A stretch of DNA of 64,000 nt, taken from NCBI GenBank assembly GCA_046563655.1, contig CM102287.1, forward strand, positions 8,494,001 through 8,558,000, given 5' to 3'. Below the pieces are notes generated by a model, which saw only the letters and a program-made list of their open reading frames with translations, was not told where the DNA came from and did not search any database. Positions within the stretch are counted from its first letter, which is position 1. Every line of letters begins with the position of its first letter. This document shows, piece after piece, positions 36,849 through 50,817 of the stretch. The DNA comes from Yuukianura sp. NJ FZ-2021. Its lineage: Eukaryota. Made by a program: the position numbers and the translations under genes.

Positions 36849-39800
36849 ATGAGTCAATGCTCGCTGGATTTATTTGGGCAGGCAGTTCTGTCCCAGAGGA
36901 TTGCGTATGTCGACAGTTACACATCGTTTCCAATACCTGAAATGGACGTTGTCTACTCACAGCACCGGAGCAGAGAGGTCAAGCGTGTGCCAGTGATTCG
37001 AATTTACGGACCTACAATTCATGGTAAGACAAAACTGATTCAGGTTATGAAAGAAACCGTTGTGTTTTGATAAACTTAATGGTAATTATAGGTCAGAAGG
37101 CATGCGCACACGTTCACGGAGTGTTTCCCTACTTATATATTGAGCTGGACAACAGTGTTTTCGGTTTGGAGGAACGTTTGGCAGACGAATTGGATCGAGA
37201 AATCAGTGCCTCTTTGCTCGAGTTCAACTCGAAGACTGCGGAACACGTTTATAAAATTGTTCAAGTAACTGGAAGGTAACAGCTTAACTAATTTAGTCTT
37301 TTACTACGATTTGAAACTCAATTGTCTGAATATCGTTTATTTGGTCATTAGGTCGTTCTACGGATTTAAACCTCAATCTCAATGTTTCCTGAAAATCTTT
37401 TTCTACAGTCCAATTGCACTTACAAAGGCGATAAATATTTTACAAGTAAGGTAACCATTTACGAAAGTAACTAAAATTTGCCAAGAGTAGATGTGGAAGT
37501 GTCTATTTTTTCGTTTCAGTCAGGCAAAATCTTTGGACAGAGATTCCAGCCGTACGAAGCCCATATACCATATGTTCTCCAGTTCTTTTTAGACTTCAAA
37601 CTGCATGGAATGAACTTCATTCATTTTTCTAACGTTAAATTCCGTGGATCTGTCAACGACAGAGGAAAAGATAATCACACTTTATTCCAGGACTTGGAAT
37701 TTGGAGCGAAGGTGGATCTCGAACGGCTTCATCGTAACCATTTTCTTCCTGAGAAGGTGTCAAGACGATCTCGGTGTGAACTCGAATTCGATGTCACCGT
37801 ATCTGACATTCTCCAGAGCAACTCATCGACAAGTAAGTAAGATAAAATGATCATATGATTTTCCAATGTAAAAACTAAAAGTGTTTGTTTCAAATCTTAT
37901 GTAAAAATCTAGGCAAGAATCCTGGAATTGAAGCAATCTGGCTCGACGAGAAAGAACGAAGAAGACAAAATGGAATGGATGATTGGGCTGAAATAACAAT
38001 TCCGATATCACAAGATCGTCCTTGCAATTCCTTCTTGTTCAAACGTGAACTTGAACTTAGAGGCGTACTCCAGTCGAAACTGGCAGCTCACCTGGAATCA
38101 ATTAATCAATCGAAGAAGGAAAATCGAACGCCTACTACGTCTTATCCGTCGTCCCCAGTTTTGACTCCATCGTCTCAAGTTTTGATGGAAGACGTAGCAT
38201 TGATCAATTCTGATTCCCCTGCAGTGAGTCAGTCACTGTCTTGTGAGTGGAATGAAGAAGATGAGGAGATGGTGTCCATCTTGGAAGAAATGGCTAGAAA
38301 CCGTTGTATTGACGATGATGAAGATAGTATAATGAATTCTCAGGTTCTTGCTGATTTCGACAATGATCCTACCATGTCTCTCATAGAAGACTCTACAGCT
38401 GATGCAGATACTACTTTAACCAATAACGATGCAGATAACGTTGGAGATGACAATGAAGACACGGAAGATGACTTCTTCACATCTGAAGTCTTTGAACTTT
38501 TGGACAAGTGTGAAAATGAAGCCTTGCAACAAAATCTAGTCAATCCGTCCACTCCCAGTAAGGAAGGTGACTTCAAAGTGAACCAGGCTGATGGGCAGTT
38601 TGACTCTTCAGAAGACGACGACGATGTTCAATTCATTCCGCAGCCAAAACCCAAAGTCTTTCCCGGGAATCCATTGAAGCGACGACGTGGACTTCCTGTT
38701 GCTGGTGGCCACTGGCTTGATAAAATGAAATCCGCAGAAGACGTTCTTCAGGCCCGGAAGAAAACAACTATTTTCCGAACTGCTTCATCTTCATCCCTTC
38801 CTCCTATGACCAGCCCAAGTCCGAATCGAGTGAGACGAAGAGTACCTCCTTCACCTCCAATGATCAGTTCGAGTGACGATGAGGATGTTGGCTCCAATAA
38901 ACCAACTTCGTCAGCACAGGTTCCCGTTTACAATAGTACGTCAACCATTTCGCCCGGAAATCCTCCAACTCCGCGGAAACGTTTGGGCACCAGACCTTCA
39001 TCACTGCTAAGTCCGATCAGATCGTTGGTCAATCGTCCGTCTTCACCTCCCTTAATTTCTTCTGAGGACAGTAGTGCAAATGACTCGGACGAAACGAATT
39101 ACGTTCCATCAGATACTGATATTCCGAACAAAAATGTGGATGGTGATGGGGATCAGCTGACAAATAGCACTACTAACAAATCAGCAACGGAGATAGTTGA
39201 GGTTGAAGCGATTGAGCATAACATTGAAGATGTTGAAGAACCGCGTCTTACGCAATCTCAGGAAGGAGTTGATTCCGGAATTCGCAGTTTTTATCAATAC
39301 CCTGCGGATATTTTTTCTGAAGATCATTCTACGACACAAGAGGAAGAACAAGGAGAGTGCTCTCCATGTCCGCCGTCACAAACGCACTCAATTAACAGTT
39401 TCTACGAATATTCAGACACAGAGGATGCTAATACTACCCCAAGAAGCTTAAACACTTCATGTCAAGATGTTTGCGTGATTCAATTAGATAGCAGCAGCGA
39501 ACCTGATTGTACTCCGCCTGGTCAGACGGGCAGAACATATTTATTGAAGAAGGCTCAAATGTCCAAGTTGAAATTGCACCAGGAACGTAAATCAGTACGA
39601 AAACCGTCGCTGAGAAACGTGCAAGGGAAGGGTGACACAGCAAGTAGCGGAAGCAGTTTGAACATAAATAAGAAGATTATCACAGGTATTTCTACCATGA
39701 AGGACCGCCAAGTAACTGGAAGCAATGTAACTCCGACTACTTCAAAAGCTGCACTGAGACATAAGGCAGTATTGCCGGAACCAGATTTCAGCGATTCTGA

Positions 39801-42800
39801 TTCTGAGGAGTTTCCATCACATACAGTTAGAGGGTTCAGATTCGGAGGAAGCCGTTCAGATGGGGAAGACGAACTGTCAAGTGAAATTAGTGACAACGAT
39901 TCACAAGTTGGACCGACACCGCCGCCGCGCCCACTTCCAACACCGTCATCTTCAAGAACAAGATTAAGAGCAGTTACGCCAAAGTCTGGAAGTTGGATAG
40001 CAAGAAAGCGACGTCGATTGAATTGGGGATCACAAGAAGGGAGTCAGCAGCATAGTCCAGGTATTCCAATGTCACTGGACGAAAGTGAACTGGATTCACT
40101 TTCATTCACTTCTAGTCAATCACCTGGTCTACTCAATACCTCGAACTATCAGGATGTAAAGGCGCTTCAAGTGGTAAGAGAACTATTAATTTGGGTGTAA
40201 ATTGAATTTTAATTGAATTTTACTTTGAATTTTCATTATGTTATGTTTTGATTTCAGCATCAATTTTTACGTACAATGGCAATGGAGGTGCACTGTTCCG
40301 CCCGCGGTTCGTTGATACCTGACCCCGCTGTGGATTCCATCCGAGCCATTTTTTATTTGCTGCATGGTGAAACTGCCGAAGTGAGCTGCAGCAATAGTAG
40401 TCAGTTCGGTAAAACAATACTAAACTGAATATCGAATTGAATTATCTGTTTGATATTTAATTTTGATTTTGTTCTAAAAGGCTGTCTGATGGTTTCTGCA
40501 AAGTCTGTGATTGGATGTAGTCAAAATCCGGGATCGATTAAGGAGTTTCCCGATGAGCTGAGCATGATCAAAGCGTTCGTTAAAATCGTGCATGAAAACG
40601 ATCCAGATATCTTCGTCGGATACGAAGTAAGGTAGTAGCATTTTCCGTTCTTTAGAACGTTGTTAATTTTTGTATGTTTTCAGATTTGTCGATTCTCTTG
40701 GGGATACTTAATTGATCGCGGACGGCAGCTTCAATTGGATATGATCGCTGAGCTCTCACGCTTACTGCCACTTGGAAATGCTGGAAAACATGTTCGTCCC
40801 CAAGAGCAATGGAACGAAAGTATTAGTGGCCGAATTGTTTTAAACCTGTGGAGATTGTTGCGGCATGAGGTTATAACCATTGCATCTTGAATAATCTAAT
40901 AATTTAAATAAATTAAGTTAAGAATAGTTAATAGTTAACATAGCAATGTGAAGCGAACGTATCTGAGCAGATTGGAAAGCGAAGTACCGATTACTAATTG
41001 AAATTCTTTTCAGATGACGGTTACGAGCTACACTTTTGAAAATGCAGTATTTCAAATTCTCCATGAACGGGTTCATCTCTTGCCTTATCGAGTACTTGCA
41101 GATCAGTGGGAGATTCTTCACCAAAAGTGAGTGTAAATGCTTAGGAATGCTGCAATTTGTTAAAAATTAGTCATTTATTACGTACACAAGCTTTGATTGT
41201 TTGTTAATTCTCAGGGGCAAAGTGATTTCGTATTATAAACGTCGGGTGACTGATGTAATTCGGATAATTCAGAAGCTGGACTTGATAAACCGGACGTCCG
41301 AGTTAGCGCGTCTGTTTGGAATCCAATTCTTTGAAGTTTTGTCACGCGGATCTCAGGTACGTTAAAAACAGAGCTTGTTTGTATGTAACTAAAACTTTAA
41401 AAGGATCTTCATCTAAACTTTTTTGACAGTTTCGAGTGGAATCTATGATGTTAAGATTAGCTAAGGCTTATAATCTTATTCCACCATCACCAAGCCCTGC
41501 CCAACGAGGCGGCATGAAGGCTCCGGAGTACTTACCGCTGATTATGGAACCGGAATCGAAGTAAACAGATAATACATAACTTTTTTTACGACTAAATACT
41601 CTGTGGTACTTATGCCGAATTGTTTTTTTCCCAGATTTTACAAGGATCCAGTGGCAGTGCTTGATTTTCAGTCCCTCTACCCTTCTATGATGATTGGATA
41701 CAACTATTGCTTCTCCACTTGCATTGGACGAGTCAAGAGTATTGAGTAAGATCCTACTTTGCAATTCAAAATTGTTCAAAATCCTTTACAAATTGATGTC
41801 TAATGCTATGTTCCACTTTTCCAACAGTGAGGGTTCATTTGAATTCGGATGCTTGAGTCAAACCATCTCATTGGACGAGCTGAATTCTTTATTTTCTCGA
41901 GACTTAATCCATATTTCTCCTTGTGGAGTTGCGTTTGTAAAGGAATCTGTGCAGAAGGGAGTTCTGGGTGAAATGTTGGAGCAAATACTGGATACTCGAC
42001 AGATGGTAAAGAGGTAGGACCAGCAAGTATGGTTTAAATTCTTAGCTCTCACTTCATACCGCATTACTTTGTGTACTTTTCAGATCAATGAAGAAGTGGA
42101 AGACTGATGCTACGCTTCAGAAAGTACTGGATTCAAGACAGTTAGGATTGAAGCTAATTGCCAATGTCACGTATGGATATACTTCGGCCAATTTTTCGGG
42201 AAGAATGCCATGTGTTGAGGTAAGAGTTGAAAAAACAAATTCAGATTCGAAAATTACAAGTTTACTTGCGTTACAATTTGCTATTTTTATAGATTGCCGA
42301 CAGTGTTGTAAGTAAAGGACGTGAAACGTTGCAGCGAGCAATAGACTTTGTGAAGGAGAATGAAGACAGATTTCATGGTCAAGTGGTTTACGGTGACACG
42401 GATTCTCTGTTTATCCATTTCCCTGGAATAACACGGTCTGAGGCGTTTAAATTTGCACAACAAATTGTTGACGAAGTGACTGCCGCAAATCCGAAACCAG
42501 TAAAGTTGAAACTGGAAAAAGTTTACCAGCCGTGTATATTACAAACCAAGAAGCGATATGTCGGATATGCTTACGAAACGCCGGACCAATTCGAACCGAA
42601 ATACGATGCCAAAGGAATTGAAACTGTTCGGAGAGATGGGTGTCCTGCTACTGCGCAAGTACGGTTTCATTTACAACGCTTGAACTTTATTATCCTAAAT
42701 TCTAACTCCGTGCAAATTACTTAAGTTATTACTAATGAATTATTTCGTTTTTAGATTTTGAAAGGAGCTCTGAAAATGCTATTTGTGACACAAGATGAGA

Positions 42801-43636
42801 AAAAAGTGAAGGCGTTTGTGCAGGAACAGTTTCGGAAGATTTTCATGGGACGTGTGAGCCTTAGCAAGTACACGTTCGCACGGGAGTATCGCGGACGTGC
42901 TGGATATAAACCCACAGCAGTTGTTCCATCACTTGAAATTGCAAAGTAAGCAAATTAATCAAATTACTACAAACTAATTAGTTTGTGCCAGGATTAACAT
43001 GAAACTTATTACAGGCGTCTGGCTGAAAAGGATCCAAGAGCAGAACCACTTCAAAGTCAGCGTGTTCCGTACATTGTTGTTTACGGAGATCCGAACTTAC
43101 CGCTAATCCAGCTCATTCGTCGTCCAGAAGATTTCATTGGCAATCCAAATCTACGCCTCAATGCTCATTACTACATTGAGAAAGCCATTATCCCACCACT
43201 CAATCGCTGTTTCAGTTTGGCCAAGATGGATGTGAGCAAATGGTATGAAGAAATGCCTAGGAAGTATCTCAAATCGCACTACACTGAAGGTGGACCTGCT
43301 GGAACCGGTAAGAAAGGAACAATTGACCAGTACTTTTTGAGTGAAAGTTGTATCAAGTGCGAGTCTCGAACTAAAACTGGATTCTGTGATGCTTGTTTCA
43401 AAAATATTGGGGAAGTGAAAGACTTTTTAAACCAAGAAGAGAATCGACTGTGCCTAAAATTCCAAAGTTGTTGCAAAATTTGTACTGACTGTTCCAAAGA
43501 GGAGGCTGGAGTTTGTGTCAACATGGACTGTCCAGTGAAACATAGATATCTACGGTATGATCGTGATTACAAGACTAAACTACCAAAATTGCAATCGTTG
43601 AGTCAAAAATTAAGTTTAGCTATGAGCGCATGGTAG
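36849..43636 (+). CDS. REV3L: DNA polymerase zeta catalytic subunit (B family, translesion synthesis)
   Basis: N-terminus [24 protein letters not shown] and [38 protein letters not shown]. Large disordered exon ~37912-40173. Polymerase motifs [22 protein letters not shown] and YGDTDSLF. C-terminal CysA (CIKC..CDAC) and CysB (CTDC..CVNMDC). Confidence 0.96.
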
Positions 43637-43924
43637 TCGATTAACTTTTGATTATATCGCAACCGATTAAGTGTTAAATTCCAAACGATTCCAATGTTAA
43701 ATCTACGTTAAATGTAACAAAATGATCAAGATTGAATAACAAATCAAAGTGTTGGGTTTACTCATGGGGATGCAATGTTTTTATAATAGCGTAGTAACTT
43801 GTTCAAGGTTTCTCTAGGACTCGTCGGACAACTGAAACTAAACAGTGTTACTGTTGTGTAGGTTTGGATTTGTTTTGGTAGCGTTAAATGCCTAACCTTA
43901 ATCGAAGATTTTGGATTATCTGGA

Positions 43925-44620
43925 TCATTGGAATTGCGATTGAGATTCCGATCCAATTGGAGGAGGTTGGCCGCTCATGAAATTCGGATCTTGGTTTCGC
44001 ATCATTTCAATTTGTTCCTCCTGCAAAAGTTAGTCGGGAATTAGAGCTTCGAGCTTTCGATGTACTTGATCTTCTGGATTAATGAAATTCAAAGGTTGCA
44101 AAAACTTACTGGTGTGAGTGGTCGGAATTGTTCAGATGTAAAGCGGGTAAAGAGGATTCCGACACCTTCGATCATAGCCAACAGTACTCCGCCAATTAAA
44201 GCACTGCCGACCATTGCCCCAGGACCACTTCTAGCTGCCAGTATTCCGCCAGTTGCGGCTCCACTCATGATGGCATTCCAAGGATCTTCCTTTCCTCTGA
44301 GTTTGATCAGTGAACAGTCAATTGTAGAAAACAGACCACCCCACACTGCAAAGTTTCCACCGATAATTGGTGCTCTTGTTTTGATTGCTGTTAAACTTCC
44401 ATTGAAACGATGTGAAATCCCAGCAGGAGAGTTACGGAAACCTTTGATTGCTTGAAAAATTGAGCCACCGATGGCACCCATGGTAAATGCTCCTCCGCAG
44501 TCATCGACAATTCGCCAAGGACTAAAGAAAACAATACAGATATATAGAGGCTAATCGTTTATCATTTGGACGAACAAGTAAGTCACGAACTTACCAAGGT
44601 TCTCTTGCATATTCCTCCAT
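43925..44620 (-). CDS. TIMM17: Mitochondrial import inner membrane translocase subunit Tim17
   Basis: Exons 44620-44595, 44521-44110, 44020-43925. [28 protein letters not shown]...[41 protein letters not shown]. Confidence 0.97.
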
Positions 44621-45174
44621 TTCTTAATTCCTTACGTTTATCTGAAAAACCAGTCAGTTCTAAACCTGCAATGTCATAAAAAACTCACAAATTAAAGGAC
44701 CGACCAAATTAAGTTCACGGATTACGGATCAGATACTACTAAATTGATGACTTACAAAAACAACACCGTTGACACCCAATCCCTGTTAATAAGGGTACAA
44801 TTTAAGTGATTTCGTAAATTACTTTCCAAATTACTTCGAGTGTCGAGAAGAGTATAATATCAAATCTAAAAGAAATTAATTGATGTTGACGAAGCTAAGG
44901 TGAGAAGGCAAAAGATCGGAAAAACGAAAAAGTGAATTGGAGATGATGAAATTTGAAAAATTAAAACTATGTGTGTGTGAATTTAATTCAAATATACACG
45001 TGGTAGTTCTATCTCCCGCCACTATATTTTGAGACGAGTGAATTAATACGAGGCAAAAAGGTTCCCTGTAATGGATGGTTCATTTAAAAAAAGGCGCGAA
45101 ATATTTGAATTTGAGTTGTCTACCTTCATTTTGTTTTTCTTTTTGCAAAAAAAAAAAAAATAAACAAAAGTGAA

Positions 45175-47170
45175 TCAGCGAGTGTGAGGACGAGGAGAGG
45201 CTGTTTGTTTATCTTCTTTGTTCTGATTAATTAATCAATTAACTGAGATGGACGACGCCATAATAATCTTTCTTGGTGCAGTGAACACACAAACCAATAC
45301 CTAGATCTAGGGAAACGTTTCTAAAAGTCGCAAAACGTTCGTAAGTACCCCGAATATTGACAAAAATTTTAGCAATTTATTTTTTAACTTTTTGTAACAA
45401 ACACAACGTTCTTTGCTTGATTAAAATTAACGCTAATTTGATATTTGCCTTAAGTTTTTACATTCAGCCAGCCGTATTTTAGGAATCCAAATCGAAGGAC
45501 GAAATCTTTCAATTTCCTTAACGTAAGTTTAGTACTCTCAAGGTCCACCGTTATTTTAGGACATTTTCTTTTTAATTTTTTTGCTATTTCACAACTACTC
45601 TTGCTTATATCAACATAAAATTAAAATATTGGAAATGATCAACATCATAATCGTAATCGTAACGTTTTCTGCCCCTAATCCAAATTATAATTAGAGCAGA
45701 ACTTGTTTAGTACTTTTCAGATTCGAATGTGTAGTGGAAATTTAAGTGCAATTAAATTAGTTTAATAGACATTTACAAATTAATCGCCATACATTTACGT
45801 AACTAATTAATGAATGTTACTTTTCAGAATTAACAAAGGACTCTGCTGAACCTTATCCTCTATAATAATTCTCACAGTTCTTTTGTTTAAATTACTTGTT
45901 GAGGCGGAATGGATTCACAGTGACAACAAATGTAAGAATAATTATATCAGTTTTTGTCTTATGCTTTTATATTACTTAACTTATAAATCTATTCTAGGTC
46001 AATTACTGAAGTCAAGTGCAGCCAAGAGGTCAACTTGGTCGAGTTAATTGAAGTGAAAACAGTTTAACATGGAAAGGAAGAAAAGGCGTCGGCAGGGTGT
46101 GTAAATCGAATGTTTAACTTATCAGCGTCGAAGTGAAAATTTCAGCGGTGACGCGGTGGTGACGACCACGGCAGCGGTGATTTCCATTCTTTACTTCTGT
46201 AAGACTTGCACTACTCTTCTCATGTAATTGACTTTGATTAGACTTAATGATAGCTTCTAATTAATTAACTTTCAGTGTTTTGGTGACCGTGGCAGTGACA
46301 CCGTTTGCGGTTCCATTGGATGTGGGTTTTGAAGATCTTCTATTAGTAAAGTAGGCTTTGACGAAGAAGTTGGCAAATAATATGAAGTAGGTGGCGTACA
46401 TGCCGAGGGCAAGGTACATGGCGTCATAGCTCCTGTCGAAACAGTTCCCACGGTTTGCTGCAAGTACAAATCAACGTCGTCATCAAAAAATAAATACCAT
46501 AGGTAAGCGAAAACCTAAATGGGAAGTTTTCCTGAAACTTGGGAGTATTAACATTTTGATTGCTAATTGACATGCATACGTTAATTTTAATTTTGTTTGT
46601 ATAGGAAGAAGTTGAGGGAAAATTGAAAAAAAAAATTATTCGTCGCAATCTCGGAATTCCATCAACCGGGATGGCTTTTTCAAAATCGCAAGTTCGCCAG
46701 AGGGAATTCGCGTTAAATATTGGAACTACTTGACGCAGCATGCCCCATGTTCCGAAAACTTACATTTCATGTACAGGGAGTAGAGGTTGATGTAGACTCC
46801 GACTACCATTTGACTCAACTGAAGTGTCGTTATCGTCATTGGGAGATACTTCGGCATCTTCAGCTGCAGCGTCTGAAATTCACATCGATTTTTGGTAAGT
46901 GTTAAACATCCTACATGCTTTTAAACACGGAATTCAATTTAAATTTTGAAGCAGAAGTGGGTCAAGGAGTTTGTGCGTTAAATGTTTTTGAGTGGCGACA
47001 TGCAATGGTATAGCAGAGTTAAAAAGTGGCAGCCGAAAAATCGATGTCTTCTTACATATGTGCTGGTTTGTAAAATTTCAATTTAATTTGTTGATTTCAA
47101 TTTAATTTATTTATATTTATAGTTTTCTCCAATACACATGTGAATTGAGAAGCTATAAATATGTAATAAG
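45175..47170 (+). ncRNA. Predicted multi-exon lncRNA, divergent from TIM17 and antisense to the ELOVL 3' end (ends approximate)
   Basis: Ordered + strand introns: 45341-45467, 45523-45827, 45932-45997, 46199-46275, 46503-46604, 46895-46951/46954, and possibly 47066-47122. The first six donors are GTAAG(T/A/C), and the acceptors have T-rich tracts with (C/T)TAA(T/C)-like branch points. No long ORF after splicing. Confidence 0.6.
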
Positions 47171-48278
47171 TTTCCTGATTTTGTAATCATGAAATCGATT
47201 TTTCTGCTAAACTTATTTTGAGCAAAGCAGAAAAAGAGTATAAATGAGAAAATGAAAATACGAGCGTCGTGATGTGCTTACCTTGGCGGCATAGTAAGAG
47301 TACATGAGACCGTGTACAAAGAAGTTCATGCACATGAACCATCGGAGACTGGGGTCATATTCCTCATAGGTCACCCAACAGTAAACCAGCACTGTAACAT
47401 GGTGATACCTGGAGATAGGTCAATAGGCCAAGGTTAAAACCTGACAAGATAATGCATACTTTGACCTCTATTGTAATGTTAGGTCACACTTACCAATGGA
47501 GGAAGATAAGTGGTTGCTTCCGGAGTACCACAAAGGCAGTGTCACCCAATTCCAGGAGCTTCGACAAGGTCATGTACCACCCCCAGAAGGCAGTTGCCGA
47601 GTTATGATCTTTCCTGGAACACAAAACGTAAGCAATTATACTAATGAAATTCTCCATTTCATTTCACAATTTTCAGTTTTCAAGACAAACAGTTAAATTT
47701 TTAACTTAAAATTAGCAAGTTTCCAGAGAGCAAGTGCAGGAGGGAGAAAAAAAAACTAAAGTTTTGGAAGTTTTTCTGAATTGTTTTGAAAACAGGAAAC
47801 TTTAATTTTATTTTTATTTTTTTTTGAAATACCTTTCACAGACTGAAGTGTGGAAGCCTGCGTATCTGAGGACGTGCAGAATTTCGGGGAAGGTCCTTAT
47901 GAATCCAAAGAGAGAGAACGCTGCCAGGAAAATGTTCCAGAACAGAAGTCTCTTCCGCAGTCCAAACGGTTTCCGATTCTTCATCCATGCTTGTCCAGAA
48001 AATATCAGAAGGACGTCTATGAAAAAAACACAGAAGGTGACAACTCAATTACAAAAAACTGCAAACTTTAGTGAACTTTTGACTCAAAAATTTTGATTTG
48101 ATGTGCTTTTTTTCTTACATAGGAAGGAAGCGTACAAGCTCCAGTCCCAGTGACCTCCCATCCAGCGACGACAAGAGTTGAGGTCAACATGTTCCCAGTG
48201 AAAGGGATCCAAGTACGTGTCAACCAGTGGAACTTCCACAAACGTTTTGTTCACTCCTGGACTGGCTCCCGGCAGCAT
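46261..48278 (-). CDS. ELOVL6: Very-long-chain fatty acid elongase, ELOVL3/6 (baldspot-like) subfamily
   Basis: Exons 48278-48119, 48016-47833, 47613-47494, 47408-47282, 46872-46764, 46457-46261. Motifs [60 protein letters not shown] and MYATYFILFANFFVKAY. Ends KTLKVN*. Confidence 0.93.
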
Positions 48279-50599
48279 CCCAACCACTTTCAAAGGCTTC
48301 CTGATTCAACTTTGTCAAGACGCTGAGCAGTCTCTCTCTGCGGCTGTCGTCGGTTGCTTGCTGCTGGGTGTTGCCCTTTGGCCAATGACAAGATGGCTGC
48401 GTGCTTACTGACACGAACTTCTGGAAGAGACACAGAAAATGGTTGAATGAGACACACGGCCAGAATACCTGTTTGGCTCAGCGTCCTGATCTGATCTGAT
48501 GGAAGCGAGGCTAACCAGCTAAACCTAGCCGCAGCTCCTCACCTCATCATTATCATCCTATCCCAAGTAAAGTCCAACTTATGAGCAGCAGCAGTGGGTG
48601 CTCCAACTATAGTTTGCATGCAAATTGTGCCAATTCTAACCAAAGGAAACTAGGATCATTTGGGTTTCAAGGTATGCCGCATGGTTCGTCATACTTATCC
48701 AATGGCATTACTCTCCCTTTCATGCTTACTGGATCACTAATTCATTTCATTTTGCACAACCTACAGAAAAAAGTTGCATGCTGAGGAGGATGCTATAAAG
48801 GCTCATTCCAAATGCAAAATTGAAAAAACGATGACACCTTAGCAGCTCTGACGAGATGGTAAGCTCCAATACCTTCCGTCTTTACTCTATGATTATCCCA
48901 ATTATAAAAGTTCACCAAAAATTAAGCGGTAACATAGAAAAAAAAGTTGGCAAAAAGTAACTTTTCGGGATTTACGCAAAAGCATAACTTTTTCAAGCAA
49001 AACCGCCAAGATTTTTGTCAAATGCTGCGTGCTTTCCGAGTTTCTTTGTCCAGTCTGCGCAGTTGACACTGGAAACTGCTTGAATCATTCTAAATTTTTC
49101 AGTAATCGGAAAATTAAGAGTCATTCAATCAAGTTTCCAGTTAAAAACGACTGCTGATACATGACACAAACTGGGTAAGCAAGGCAATATGCTTTGAAGG
49201 CGTTATTGTGACATAACATTTTTTCATTTGTTGAAAATGATCCCGAAGAACCGGTTTATTTGGCTCGTTCGCACGTACGCTTTATGAGTAAAAAGTGTTT
49301 ACACATAAAAGCTGCTTTTAAGTTGGCTAGAGATGCTGGCGCTGGAGCGAGAATGATGACAGGCAGATGCCAAATGTCATGCAGCCACTTGAAACTGCCT
49401 CGTGGCAAAAGCAATTGGAGAGTTTAAAATTGAATGATCTGCTGTCGGCTTAAAGAGTTTTAGATTACTACACTTCTAGTCCAGAGCCAGACCAAGGTCA
49501 TGGAATCAAGTGACCTTTGCTTTGTCCATATCAAAAGTGAAAACGCTGTAACTGACCTCATTCAGGATGTAGACTTTGTTCTAGAGCTGAAAGTGCACTT
49601 TTCAACACCCTAATCTAAGTGTTACTCCAAGCAAAATGAAGACTGACAGCTAGTTTCTGTCTTTTTTGAGACTTTTCGAAAGTGATAGTGAAAAATTTTC
49701 ACTGAAAATGGGGTGAAAATGTTGAAAAAGGCACAAACGCTAACTGATAGGAAACAGGAAAGGAATGAACTAAAAGTTTAAAGAGGTACAATGTAATGGT
49801 AATAATGCGGTTCAATGTCTTAACAATTAGGGTGAATTTCAATTATATTTGAGTGTTGGTAGGAAGGTCAGTTAGAACCTTGGTTATTCCGAAACAGGAG
49901 TGACACGAGCTAAAATGCTTGGCGAACAACAATCAACACCCTGCTGACCCTACATGTAGTTAGTATTGTTACATGTTACTTTTGATTTTCAAATTTTTAG
50001 CACGTTAGCATCAGATCACGTCTTTTAAAGTTACAATTTTGAATGAGTTAAAACTAAAAGGGAATGGACGAGACGAGGCTATCTGCTTTGAAAACTATAA
50101 GAATCGCAAACATTTTTGAAAAGAAGGGCAAATCTTTGTGAATCATTTTCGAATGGAGAAGTATCGCAAAAATTGTGTTGACGTTATCTACTTTTACCAA
50201 TTTGAAATTATTTTTTGTAGACAAAATGTTATAAAAATTGGAGTTTGTTAAATTATAATTGCAGTTTACTAGCTTATCTGCAAGTTCAAAGAACAACCGT
50301 CTGTCAACTAAACACTTTACTGCACTTGTCAAATCCGTTCGGAACTGACTCATCCCTGTAAAACTTTAGTAAATCACACTTCGATTAGTCATGATCATTC
50401 AATTGACATTTAACTGTAGCCGGCAAATGACAAATTACAACTGACATAATCTGTGTGACAAGAATGACACAAAGCTCTACTTCAGCCATTCCAGTGTGGT
50501 CGTACGACCACTTTTATGTTGTGGCGTGACGTGACGACAAGCTTTTCCAAGTATTAATCAAGCATGAGGGTTCAAAGACCAAAAAACGTTTTTACTTAC

Positions 50600-50817
50600 G
50601 TTTGACCTCGGAGAAATGGTCGAAGTGGAGTCAACGCTGTAGCGATTGAGTTACAGAGCCAAGAAGCGTTGAGCGAAGTTAGTAATAGGGTGATTAATTA
50701 TCAAAATTAATTAACACTTGACTCTGGAACTCTAAATTGAACTGATTGACCACGATGACTACACCACGACCACACCAACCAAACTGGAGGAGGAACTGTG
50801 GCAAATGAGAACAGACT
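50600..50817 (-). promoter_or_regulatory. Probable non-coding first exon and TSS of the elongase
   Basis: Minus-strand initiator ATCAGTC at 50814-50820 and donor AAC|GTAAGT at 50599. Matching acceptor ttttctgtgtctcttccag at ~48421, upstream of the ATG. Confidence 0.5.

Noticed and set aside
36849..43636. B-family polymerase as a possible Polinton/Maverick or viral insertion
   Set aside because: Intron-rich, with a REV3-specific N-terminus and CysA/CysB. No terminal inverted repeats, integrase or capsid genes.
45633..45780. Possible intronic snoRNA (AATGATCA box and a ttctgc..gcagaa hairpin)
   Set aside because: No matching CTGA D box and no clear H box after the hairpin. Not supportable by eye.
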